In this document: positions 1 to 8,785 of the stretch, one piece after another
Position numbering within the stretch: position 1 is the stretch's first letter
How the letters are laid out: every line of letters begins with the position of its first letter
Assembly (NCBI GenBank): GCA_046761065.1
Contig: JBHIFL010000059.1
Coordinates: forward strand, 1-26,156
Direction: 5' to 3'
From: Candidatus Heimdallarchaeota archaeon
Lineage (GTDB): Archaea; Asgardarchaeota; Wukongarchaeia; Wukongarchaeales; JBHIFL01
Length of the DNA: 26,156 bases
Notes under the pieces: generated by a model
Seen by the model: the letters and a program-made list of their open reading frames with translations, nothing else
Databases searched by the model: none
What the model was told of the DNA's origin: nothing
Program-made: the position numbers and the translations under genes

Positions 1-34
1 AGTTATTAATATAATAAGTTGATTCTTCCCTTTG

Positions 35-82
35 AAAAAAAAGAGGTGGAGTTCTTCTGAATTTTTGGATGTTCTTCAGAAG
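35..82 (-). terminator. Possible terminator of the Mrr-like gene (hairpin plus T-tract on minus strand)
   Basis: Inverted repeat cttctgaa...ttcagaag around the stop codon, followed on the minus strand by an oligo-T run (A-run at ~35-42 on +). Confidence 0.35.
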
Positions 83-468
83 ATAGCGGGCTGCTGTTCC
101 TGATAGGTGACCACTAATTCTCCCTTGCTTATTAAGCGAATGCCCATTCGCTGGGCCATTCCTTTGGCTTGTAAGGAAAACCGATTCCCTACGAGGATTA
201 CATCATCCAACCCAGCCTCTTCAGCATCATGCTCGGCTTTAATAACACTATTTACACCGATACTTCTTGTCCAGTCCTTGATCACAACGCCAATTGTGTC
301 ATTTGGAGTTATGAAACGTTCATTTTTTGAAATGATCAGGTTGAAAGGTTGCAATTCCTTATTAGCCGGTTCCGGCGTTTTCCAAACATATCCATAGAGA
401 TCAAGGAACATTTGTTGGAACAGTTGCCTCAATGGCATTTTTCTTGGATCTATCTCGGATCCCCCCAA
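76..468 (-). CDS. Mrr-like / PD-(D/E)XK restriction-endonuclease-fold protein, catalytic residues apparently degenerate
   Basis: 130 aa. The pattern VVIKDW-x3-IGV...VILVGNRFSLQAK...GIRLISKGEL matches the Mrr_cat layout. The expected acidic catalytic positions read N (FNLII) and V (VVIK). Confidence 0.65.
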   Translation of the reverse strand: MGGSEIDPRKMPLRQLFQQMFLDLYGYVWKTPEPANKELQPFNLIISKNERFITPNDTIGVVIKDWTRSIGVNSVIKAEHDAEEAGLDDVILVGNRFSLQAKGMAQRMGIRLISKGELVVTYQEQQPAIF

Positions 469-1042
469 TCGACCGACAAAAACCTTTTTTACAATATACC
501 GACAAAAAACATTATTTAATAACTTTTCGATTCTCCTCGTACATATCTAGGTATACGACTAGTATCATACGTGTCTCATATCGTAGTATTTTCTTAGATG
601 ATATTGAGATGATACAATTGTATATAATAAAGCAACTCCGTATCCGTCAATGGATTTTGTTTTTTCTGCTCCCTCTACTTCTTGAGATAATAGAGAGCCA
701 TAAAAATAATAACCACTAATTAAAAACAAATCCAAGATTTTATGCCTAAAAAACCATTGAAGCATGGATGGAAGAGATGGTGAGCTTCTAAGTGATGTTA
801 AGTGACTATAAAGTGAGGATTTATCTAGTAAAAGCAGGAACAAGAAGGGTCCATATCCATTAAAATTTTTCTTCTTAAATGAACAAAATTTCAAGTATAG
901 GATTCGTTTTATATTTAATGAGCCCTATCAAGACTTAAGTAACCATAAAAATGTAAGTAAACTTTAAATATACTAAAAAAAGAGGGAAATTGCTGAGGGT
1001 TTGAGTGCAATGAACTAACTGAGCGGTATTCAAACGTTTTGT

Positions 1043-1261
1043 TTAGCGCTTCCACTGCTCATAAGCAAGTTTGACGTCATCTTCCACGACTGTCTTTCTC
1101 TTCGCGTGCTTTGCAAATTCTACGGCGACTTTACCAATGTCTACGGCAACGCCCTGTAGAATGTCTCGCAAAGTCTCGGCTGCCTCAGCACTAACTCGTC
1201 CTGCTCCTGCTTTTCGAACCAAACGGTCGATTGGAGCTAAAGGTAATTCAGCTTTGGCCAT
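1043..1261 (-). CDS. Archaeal histone (HMfA/HMfB family), tailless singlet
   Basis: ELPLAPIDRLVRKAGAGRVS...AKHAKRKTVVEDDVKLA is a canonical archaeal histone fold with the AGA loop, RVS, H-x2-RKT and D-x2-LA motifs. Confidence 0.97.
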   Translation of the reverse strand: MAKAELPLAPIDRLVRKAGAGRVSAEAAETLRDILQGVAVDIGKVAVEFAKHAKRKTVVEDDVKLAYEQWKR

Positions 1262-1330
1262 TATTACCAGCCTTTTCCTATATCTTTTGGTTGGATGTCT
1301 TTCCTTCAGGTATTATGATATCGCCTATAC

Positions 1331-1340
1331 TTTATTTAAG
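1331..1340 (-). promoter_or_regulatory. Putative TATA box of the histone gene
   Basis: Minus strand reads CTTAAATAAA about 70 nt upstream of the ATG. Confidence 0.4.
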
Positions 1341-1497
1341 GCTCTGGTGCTCATTTTCAAGCAATCTCAGCTTTCGCCATTTCAACAATACCTGTCGGAA
1401 TTTGACGTGTAAATATTGGTTAGCCTCCTCTTTTTAAGGTTTTCTGTTCTAGACGGGGTGTTCATGAATATGGTTGGGTGTACATGGGTGCACATGA

Positions 1498-1803
1498 AGT
1501 ATAGGTGAGTTTCTACACCTTGTAGTGCGGTTCCTCAATGAATGTGTTTTTCTTTCTGCTCGGTTATTTGCTCCTAATCTCTTGAAATACAGACTCCCGT
1601 GGCTTCTCTTCTAGATGACCGAAAAGGACAGACAATCATATCTACCAAAAAAGCGTGTTTCGTATGAGATCATCTTTGATCTTCTTGAGTTTCGATAGCG
1701 TGTGAAAGAGTTAGATCCAATTCGTGTTTTTCTTTCTTATAGACTAACTGCTCTTGAACTTTTAAAAAAAGTCCATTCATGGCTTCTCTCTGCAAAGGTT
1801 TAA
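1498..1803 (+). pseudogene. Possible decayed coding remnant with an internal duplication
   Basis: One reading frame interrupted only by TAG at 1612 and 1696. It contains a degenerate direct repeat at an exact 180-nt (60-codon) offset. Confidence 0.3.
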
Positions 1804-2080
1804 ACGGTTGGACGGTTCTGACCAAAACAAAAACTGTTTAGTAGTTAATTCATTCTAGTAGAAAAGATATCATTCTTATCAATATTTCAAGTATTTCATT
1901 GAGGACTCCCAATAGATATATTTGCGATTGATATTAAACCAATCAAGTATTATGTAACTTTAGCGAAAATATTTTTGACTAAAATCCAAAAATTCACACT
2001 TTATCTTATGTAAACATCTGATAGGGTCAGAAAACACTTAATAGAAGAACTCGACCTAGAATAGGTTAAAGATCGGAGCA

Positions 2081-3076
2081 GTGGTCAAATTGTTGGCAGT
2101 TGTCCAGACCATAAATGGACCGATCCTTGAAGACCGCCCAATCCCTTCCCTTAAACCTGATGATGTACTAATTCGAATGGAATATGCTGGGGTCTGTGGC
2201 ACAGATCTAGCGATAATCCGTGGTGATTATAAAGTTCCCCTACCCCTCATACTCGGTCATGAATTCGCTGGTCATGTTAAAGAAGTAGGAGCTAGCATCA
2301 CAGATATTCAGCCCGGTGATAGAGTGACCGCTGAAATCAACCTCACCTGCGGAACCTGTCCCTTTTGTATGATTGGTCTGCGAACTCACTGTACTAATGT
2401 GAGAGCAATCGGAATCTTCGCTGATGGCGCCTTTGCAGATTATATCGTCATGCCACGTCAGAATGTTCACCTCCTTCCCAAGGCTCTTGACACGAAACGT
2501 GCGGTGTTTGTTGAACCACTAGCAGCCGTTCTCCAGGCGTTCCGGCTCACTCATGTTGAACCGTCTGAAACAATTGTTATTCTTGGAACAGGACGATTAG
2601 GCCTTTTGGCGATCCAAATCGCGAAATTAACAGGAACAAAAGTCATAGCGATTAACAGATCATTGGAAAAACTTAAACTGGCTCACACATATGGAACAGA
2701 CCTTTGTCTGAGTACCATCGATCCAACGTGGCAAAAACATCTTAAAGAAGAAACAAAAATTGGCCCTAAATATATATTTGAGAGTACAGGGAAAGGAAAC
2801 ATGCTTAACATCGCACTTGAGTTGATTCGTCCCCAAGGGACAATTTTAATGAAGAGTACACCAGGTAGTTACTCTGAAGTCAACACGACAAAGCTTGTTG
2901 TAAAAGAAGTAACCCTTCAGGGATCGCGCTGTGGTCCATTTCCTCCAGCCATTGATCTCCTGAACCGAGGACTTGTTAAAGTTGATTCCATGATGCAAGA
3001 CGTCCTTCCCTTAAAGGATGGCGTTCGAGCTTTAGAAATCGCTTCGAACAAGATTAAAGTATTACTCCACACATAG
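2081..3076 (+). CDS. Zn-dependent medium-chain dehydrogenase/reductase (alcohol/threonine dehydrogenase-like)
   Basis: GVCGTD and GHE catalytic-Zn motifs, structural Zn motif CGTCPFC-x7-C, EP motif, Rossmann GTGRLG. GGAG precedes the GTG start. Confidence 0.93.
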   Translation: MVKLLAVVQTINGPILEDRPIPSLKPDDVLIRMEYAGVCGTDLAIIRGDYKVPLPLILGHEFAGHVKEVGASITDIQPGDRVTAEINLTCGTCPFCMIGLRTHCTNVRAIGIFADGAFADYIVMPRQNVHLLPKALDTKRAVFVEPLAAVLQAFRLTHVEPSETIVILGTGRLGLLAIQIAKLTGTKVIAINRSLEKLKLAHTYGTDLCLSTIDPTWQKHLKEETKIGPKYIFESTGKGNMLNIALELIRPQGTILMKSTPGSYSEVNTTKLVVKEVTLQGSRCGPFPPAIDLLNRGLVKVDSMMQDVLPLKDGVRALEIASNKIKVLLHT

Positions 3077-3271
3077 ATAGTTATTGGTTCTTTAAACATT
3101 TTTTTCCTATTTGCAAGTTAAAAGGCTTGAGAAAGATTGCCAATAATCGTTCTTTCAATAATATTATTTGAATAGCGGTACTTCTTTTAATATACTTATG
3201 GGCTATTTATTCATTATTTTTTATCTTCTTACTTGCCTCCAGTTATAATACATGATACGATAACTATCTAA

Positions 3272-3721
3272 TTATCCTACGAAACCTCGATAATCTTCCT
3301 TAACCGTAGTTAACACGACATGCGTGTTAGTCCTTTCTACAAAGGGCATGGTAAGTACCGTCTTTACAAACTCACTGAGTTCCTGTCTGCTTTTGGACTT
3401 CACAATTACCATCGCATCTGTTAAACCAGTTACATCGTAGACGGCACATACGTTTGGGAGTTTTGCGATCTCTTTTTCCACATCTAACAATTTTCCTTTA
3501 GAAACTGTTATCTCTGTTATTGCTGTTAGTTCGTAACCAAGTTTTTCGTGATCCAGGATTGTTGAATAGCCCTTTATTATTCCTTCCTTCTCCATTTTTT
3601 GAATTCTCGCTATTACTGTTCCCACAGAAACCCCCACAGCTTTTGCAATTTGTCTATTTGAAAGCCTTGCATCAGTTAAAAGGGTTTGTAAAATTTTTAC
3701 ATCTGTCTCATCTAATTCCAT
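3272..3721 (-). CDS. Lrp/AsnC family transcriptional regulator (Ptr2/haloarchaeal Lrp-like)
   Basis: N-terminal HTH (LDETDVKIL...DARLSNRQIAKAVGVSVGTV) and RAM domain with VYDVTG and VERTNTHVVL. ATG at 3721 follows GAGGG. Confidence 0.95.
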   Translation of the reverse strand: MELDETDVKILQTLLTDARLSNRQIAKAVGVSVGTVIARIQKMEKEGIIKGYSTILDHEKLGYELTAITEITVSKGKLLDVEKEIAKLPNVCAVYDVTGLTDAMVIVKSKSRQELSEFVKTVLTMPFVERTNTHVVLTTVKEDYRGFVG

Positions 3722-4007
3722 ATCCAACCCTCAATTTTGGACGTAACCCTTAATCATATAGAAATGTGTTTGATTTTGTTAGTATTATAAAAATATATGC
3801 TCAAAAATTCCTATCCCACCCTTTTTTAGATACTGTATTAGGGCTAAACAGTGATAAAGACAAGACATTTTTTCTCGAATGAGCACAATTATTAGGAATT
3901 ATCAAGTTATCTACTTTGAAAGCAATTGAATGGTTCTTGGTCAAACAAAATATTCAACCAGAATAGTAGAAAAAAGGAGGGATTAATGTTGCAAGGTAAC
4001 ATGACAA

Positions 4008-4973
4008 TTAATGCACTCTACGTAATAACCACAAAAAGAACACTCGATATACTTTTCGAGGTTTTTTTTCCAATAAAAGATCATGTCCATGCCCTTTAAT
4101 AATAAGCAACATTTTATCTCGCGAAACAAGGGCATTTAAGAAATCCTCTGCATCGGGCATTAGAACAATGGGATCCAATTCGGCTTTTAAAAGAAGAACG
4201 GGAATATCTTCAGGAATTTCTGAAACTTTTCCTGCGTAGCTAAATGTAAATCCTTGTAATACTGCTGTCGAGGGAAGAACTTCTTGAGCCACGATATTCG
4301 TGGTTTTTTCAAGAATTTCTGGTTCAACCGAACCTTGGAAAAACATTGGTTGAATCAGTTCAGGAGAGCAAGGAATAACTGGATAAGCTATCGCTGTATA
4401 TCGGAGTTGTTCAAGGAGTTCTGGGGGAAGTCCACATTCAAGGAATGGTGTACCAAAGATTACAAGTCCAAGCAGTGTTTCAGGATATTCTGCAGCGTAC
4501 AGGATTGCAACCATGCCCCCAAATGAATGGCCGATCAGGAAGATCTTTTCATAGCCCAACTCTTGAATCTCTGCAATTACAGCTCTCAAATCTTCCACAT
4601 AGTCTTGTAATGAAACCGCAGCATACCACAGGTAGTCTCCTTTATAGGAAGCCCCACAGCCTCTAAGATCTAGGGCATACGTGTCAAACCTGCGTTTTGC
4701 AAGGAATTCCATTAAGCTATATTTCGAGTAGTCATCAAAGTGATAGAAGAAACTGGTATGCCATCCTCCATGAACCATTACCACTGCCCCACAACTTGGT
4801 GCATGAGGTTTGTAGATGTGCTGTACATTAACATAGACCGGAGAATCCACTGTTACGGTGTATGTTTCTCTGGCAAGTCCACCAGAACATGCGAACGCAA
4901 CATTTGTTCCACTCATTAGAACTATCAAACTCAATAATACACCTACAATTATTGTTCCTTTTTTTTGCCACAT
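4008..4973 (-). CDS. Secreted or membrane-anchored alpha/beta hydrolase
   Basis: N-terminal signal-like hydrophobic segment, HGG oxyanion motif, DLRGCG, GHSFGG nucleophile elbow, and candidate Asp (LDPIV) and His (GHGHD) triad residues. Confidence 0.9.
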   Translation of the reverse strand: MWQKKGTIIVGVLLSLIVLMSGTNVAFACSGGLARETYTVTVDSPVYVNVQHIYKPHAPSCGAVVMVHGGWHTSFFYHFDDYSKYSLMEFLAKRRFDTYALDLRGCGASYKGDYLWYAAVSLQDYVEDLRAVIAEIQELGYEKIFLIGHSFGGMVAILYAAEYPETLLGLVIFGTPFLECGLPPELLEQLRYTAIAYPVIPCSPELIQPMFFQGSVEPEILEKTTNIVAQEVLPSTAVLQGFTFSYAGKVSEIPEDIPVLLLKAELDPIVLMPDAEDFLNALVSRDKMLLIIKGHGHDLLLEKKPRKVYRVFFLWLLRRVH

Positions 4974-5187
4974 GGCTGTTCACTCAAAGGTTTTGATTTG
5001 AAGTAGAAGAACGAAAATAAAAAGGCAATATGGAAGTTATTCGGAGTTTTAATAGACCACTCCGGAGGTTATTGAGAGAAACTCAGCTAACTGAAAGAAA
5101 AGTGTTTGTTCAGAGAACCTTGAAAAAATATGCAAGCCCTATAATCGACATCTCTCCTCAAACCGAATAAAGACACTTAGGCCTTCA

Positions 5188-5248
5188 TAAACGATTGTTC
5201 AATTAATATAAAATGAACGATTGTCCATGAATAGTAATATTTTTAATA
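5188..5248 (+). promoter_or_regulatory. glnA promoter region: two imperfect palindromes (TRRAC-N4-GTYCA) upstream of a TATA-like box
   Basis: TAAACGATTGTTCA at 5188-5201, TGAACGATTGTCCA at 5214-5227, TTTAATA at 5242-5248. Confidence 0.55.
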
Positions 5249-5305
5249 AGGTTATATAGGTATAATACTTTAGTTTGGACAATTATATTTTTAATTTTTT
5301 TACTT

Positions 5306-6712
5306 TTGAGAATGAAGAGGTGTGAATTGTTGAATCAAGTTAATCATGAATTGTTGAATCGAGCAAAAAAAGAAGGAATCGCCTTTCTGCAATTAGAATT
5401 CGTTGATCTCCATGGGACGCCAAAAATGATGGCAATTCCTATTCACCACCTCGAACAAGCCTTAGAAGAAGGTATCGGGATTGATGGGAGTTCGGTTACT
5501 GGATTTGTCAGCATATCAGAATCTGACCTTGTCGCAAGGCCTGACCCGAAGACATGGTCTACGATTCCCGAAGTCGGGGTCTGGCGGCACGGTGGACGTA
5601 AAGTTGCCCGGATGATCTGTGACATTGAAAGGCCGGGGGGAAAAGCCTTTGAAGGCGATCCGCGGTATATATTAAAGCGAATTCTTCAGGAATTAACTGA
5701 TAATGGCATGACTTTCTATGTAGGACCCGAACTCGAATTTTATTTAGTTAATTATGACCCAAATGGCGGGATCTGTCCAATGGACTCAGGAGGGTACTTT
5801 GATGTATTCCCTTCGGACATGGGTGGCGATATCCGATGGGAAGTTATCTCAGTTTTGGAGGACTTTGGCTTAGAAGTCGAACTCGGTCACCATGAAGTGG
5901 GACCAGGCCAACATGAGATTGATTTCCAGTATGCAGAAGCGTTAGAAGTAGCAGATAAATGCGTGATTTACAAACAGGTGACCAAAGCAATTGCGAGCTC
6001 TCGTGGGGTCTTAGCGACTTTTATGCCCAAACCGATCCAAAAAATAAATGGCTCAGGTATGCATCTCCATCAAAGCATATTTCAGACAGGGACAGGAGAG
6101 AATCTTTTCTTTGATAAGACTAATAATCCCACCTACTTATCAGATTTTGCACGTTTCTATGTTGGTGGCTTAATGGCGCATGCAAAAGCGCTTTCAATGA
6201 TTGTTGCGCCCACAATCAACTCATATAATCGTCTTGTACCAGGCTATGAAGCACCAGTATATATCACCTGGGGATTTGCAAACAGATCCTGTCTTGTTCG
6301 AATCCCTAATTATCATCCTGGTATGGAAAAAGCAATGAGAGCCGAATTTCGGTGTCCAGATGTATCGTGTAATCCTTATTTAGCCATTACTGCCGTTCTA
6401 GCTGCGGGACTCGATGGGGTTAAAAATGAAATCGACCCTGGCGAGGCTATAGCTGAGGATGTTTATAAATTCGATAGTCGAGAACTCGAACGACGAAACA
6501 TTGAGACATTGCCTGGTTCTCTCATTGAAGCCTTGGAAGCATTAAAAAGAGATGATGTCTTGAAAAACGCACTAGGAGACTACTTATTCGCTAAGTTCGT
6601 CTCTATAAAGATGAAAGAATGGGAGGAATTCCAAGCGTTCTTGAGGGAACATCCAGAGCAGAGTGAACGGATTTCAGACTGGGAAATCCGGAAATACCTG
6701 GCAACTGCCTAG
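5306..6712 (+). CDS. glnA: Glutamine synthetase type I (GSI-alpha-like); true start probably TTG at ~5327-5330
   Basis: DGSSVTGF, GPELEFY, HHEVGPGQHEI, ATFMPKP, NGSGMHLHQS, NSYNRLVPGYEAP, NRSCLVRIP and EFRCPD are GS signature motifs. RBS GAGGTG lies at 5317-5322. Confidence 0.97.
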   Translation: MRMKRCELLNQVNHELLNRAKKEGIAFLQLEFVDLHGTPKMMAIPIHHLEQALEEGIGIDGSSVTGFVSISESDLVARPDPKTWSTIPEVGVWRHGGRKVARMICDIERPGGKAFEGDPRYILKRILQELTDNGMTFYVGPELEFYLVNYDPNGGICPMDSGGYFDVFPSDMGGDIRWEVISVLEDFGLEVELGHHEVGPGQHEIDFQYAEALEVADKCVIYKQVTKAIASSRGVLATFMPKPIQKINGSGMHLHQSIFQTGTGENLFFDKTNNPTYLSDFARFYVGGLMAHAKALSMIVAPTINSYNRLVPGYEAPVYITWGFANRSCLVRIPNYHPGMEKAMRAEFRCPDVSCNPYLAITAVLAAGLDGVKNEIDPGEAIAEDVYKFDSRELERRNIETLPGSLIEALEALKRDDVLKNALGDYLFAKFVSIKMKEWEEFQAFLREHPEQSERISDWEIRKYLATA

Positions 6713-6857
6713 TAAAGGCAGTAAGAGCTCCTTGAAATATAATGAGCTGCCGCGCTTCGCTTCTTTTTCTTCTCTAAGAAGATTTAATTCAAAAAATATG
6801 GCTTCTTTTCTCTTGTTAACAGGTGAAAGGGTATATTCCTGAGAATTACACTCCCTT

Positions 6858-7511
6858 TTAGTCAATTCGGGTGATCACTAGCTCTGCTATATCGTAGACT
6901 TGCTTGTTTTTCCTTAAAAGGCTGCTCTTACAAGTGGGACAGGCTGTAATAAGCACTGGGGCGTTCATCTCTTTAAGAACATCTTCGGCCATGACAGTTG
7001 CCATATCTGGAAAGAGATGTATGGCAGGTCCCCCGCAACAAAGGCTAGCCTCTCGATTGTGAGGTACTTCAATAAGTGTCACTCCAGGCAACCTCTTCAA
7101 TACATCCCGTGGGGCTTCATACACTCTAGCACCTCGTCCTAAATGGCAAGGATCGTGAAAATTCACTTCGAGCCGCCCCTGTTTGAAAGATCGATTTGCT
7201 CGGAGCAACTCTGTGAGATACTCTGACATATGCTTTACTTTCTCGGGTTCGAATTGTCTCAGCATCATTGTACAGGTTGGGCAAGGGGTCACGATTGTGT
7301 TAAATTCGTTAAGTTCTTCGAGGGCTTTACGAGCCATTGTTCTTGCGGATTCTTCTTCGCCAGCCTCCTGTAAAGGATATCCGCAGCAAACAGCATCTGA
7401 TGCATTTATAACGTCAATGTTAACTGTTGAAAAAACCTGCATAGCCGCCTCTATCATTTCTGGGCGAAACTTCTTGGTAGTACAGCCTGGATAATATGCA
7501 ATTTTCACCAT
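6858..7511 (-). CDS. CCG-domain (Fe-S)-binding protein (LutA/GlpC/HdrB-like)
   Basis: Two CCG domains: YYPGC...CCG...TPCPTC and FHDPCHLGR...CCGG...TACPTC. The start overlaps the upstream stop (TAATG). Confidence 0.9.
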   Translation of the reverse strand: MVKIAYYPGCTTKKFRPEMIEAAMQVFSTVNIDVINASDAVCCGYPLQEAGEEESARTMARKALEELNEFNTIVTPCPTCTMMLRQFEPEKVKHMSEYLTELLRANRSFKQGRLEVNFHDPCHLGRGARVYEAPRDVLKRLPGVTLIEVPHNREASLCCGGPAIHLFPDMATVMAEDVLKEMNAPVLITACPTCKSSLLRKNKQVYDIAELVITRID

Positions 7512-8785
7512 TATAGACCTCCAAAAACATTACCAGTTGTCTTTACTCGTTCACTCCTCTCTTCAAGAGGTGGTGGCACTAGGTTTTCTCGCAGCGCTTG
7601 TCCCCGAAGATATATTAAGATCTTTGGCAGATCAATTTTGACCGGACAAAATTCCGCGCACTTACCACAAAGGGTGCAAAAATAGAGGCCGGCTTGTACC
7701 GCTTTCTCTATTGAATGCTGTATCGACGCCCAAATCGGACCAATTGCACCGAATAGCAAATCCCCGAAACGAGACCCAATCGCCATATACGCGGGGCAAA
7801 CATCAGCACATGCCCCACAATTGAGACAAAATAGAGCCTCTTCTAGAGGAGTTCCAATCGCGTCACTCCTCTTGTTATCAAGAAGGAGGACATGGACTTT
7901 TTTAGGGCCGTGCATGCCTAAGACGACCTGCATTTGAATGTCGCCTGTGCGTGAAGGGCCAGATATTAATGAGGTATAACATGTCGAGGGCATGCCTAAG
8001 CCAAATAATCCAATCAGTTCAATAATCGCTGGTGCTTGTTCAAGAGAAGGAATAAGTTTGTTAATCCCTGTCACGACTAGATGTTCTTCTGGAAGCGAGG
8101 AAACCAACCGGGCATTCCCTTCATTGGTGCAAATACCCACAATTCCTTCTTCAGCAGCGATGAAGTTAGCACCTGTGATTCCCAGATCTGCTTGGATTAC
8201 CATATCTCGGATTTTACCACGCGCTGCCTCCACAATGGCTTTAGGAGCGGGATCAACAACAATACCTGTCTCTACTCTGAGTAATTCAGCTATTCGTTTC
8301 AAAGGAAGGTGCAATGCCGGGGCAAGGGCGTGTGAAGGAGGGTTTCCATCTAGTTGAACGAGTCGATCTCCCAAATCCGTTTCGACGACTCGATTGCCTT
8401 TGGTTTCAAGTATTTCAGTTAACTTCATCTCTTTTCCAACAGTAGATTTGGATTTCACAATCAGTTTACCTTCCCCTACAATCTCTTCCACAATCTTTTG
8501 AGCTTCTTTCAGCGTCTTTACCAAATAAACATCACAGGCGAATGCTTCTAGCGCCCGCATGGCTTTATCTACATAGAACCCGAGGTTTGAGATTACTTCT
8601 TCTTTGGCCGCCCTAGCGAGCGCTCGTTTTTTTTCAAGCTTTTCTTTAGACCATTGTGCAAGTCCCTGCGCTCTACTCTTATCAACCGTCATGATACTCT
8701 GTTTACGAGCATAATTTGTTTCCTTATTTGCTAGAACTTCACTAACTACATCTCGAGATTCAAGATAGAGGGGCAAATTACCCAT
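7511..8785 (-). CDS. LUD-domain Fe-S protein (LutB/LldF-like lactate utilization subunit)
   Basis: VKSKS, VETDLG, PSH-x3-PALH, GITGANF, NEGNAR, ISGPSRTGDI and GMHGP motifs, plus two ferredoxin motifs (CLNCGACADVCP, CTLCGKCAEFCP). Confidence 0.92.
   Translation of the reverse strand: MGNLPLYLESRDVVSEVLANKETNYARKQSIMTVDKSRAQGLAQWSKEKLEKKRALARAAKEEVISNLGFYVDKAMRALEAFACDVYLVKTLKEAQKIVEEIVGEGKLIVKSKSTVGKEMKLTEILETKGNRVVETDLGDRLVQLDGNPPSHALAPALHLPLKRIAELLRVETGIVVDPAPKAIVEAARGKIRDMVIQADLGITGANFIAAEEGIVGICTNEGNARLVSSLPEEHLVVTGINKLIPSLEQAPAIIELIGLFGLGMPSTCYTSLISGPSRTGDIQMQVVLGMHGPKKVHVLLLDNKRSDAIGTPLEEALFCLNCGACADVCPAYMAIGSRFGDLLFGAIGPIWASIQHSIEKAVQAGLYFCTLCGKCAEFCPVKIDLPKILIYLRGQALRENLVPPPLEERSERVKTTGNVFGGL

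Noticed and set aside
107-894. ORFs 107-397 (+), 432-719 (+) and 565-894 (-)
   Set aside because: They are antisense shadows or AT-rich low-complexity frames with no recognisable motifs.
5323-5360. Exact 14-nt direct repeat TGAATTGTTGAATC at the glnA start
   Set aside because: It is an in-frame 24-nt-period micro-duplication (ELLN/ELLN). It only affects start-codon choice and shows no evidence of function.
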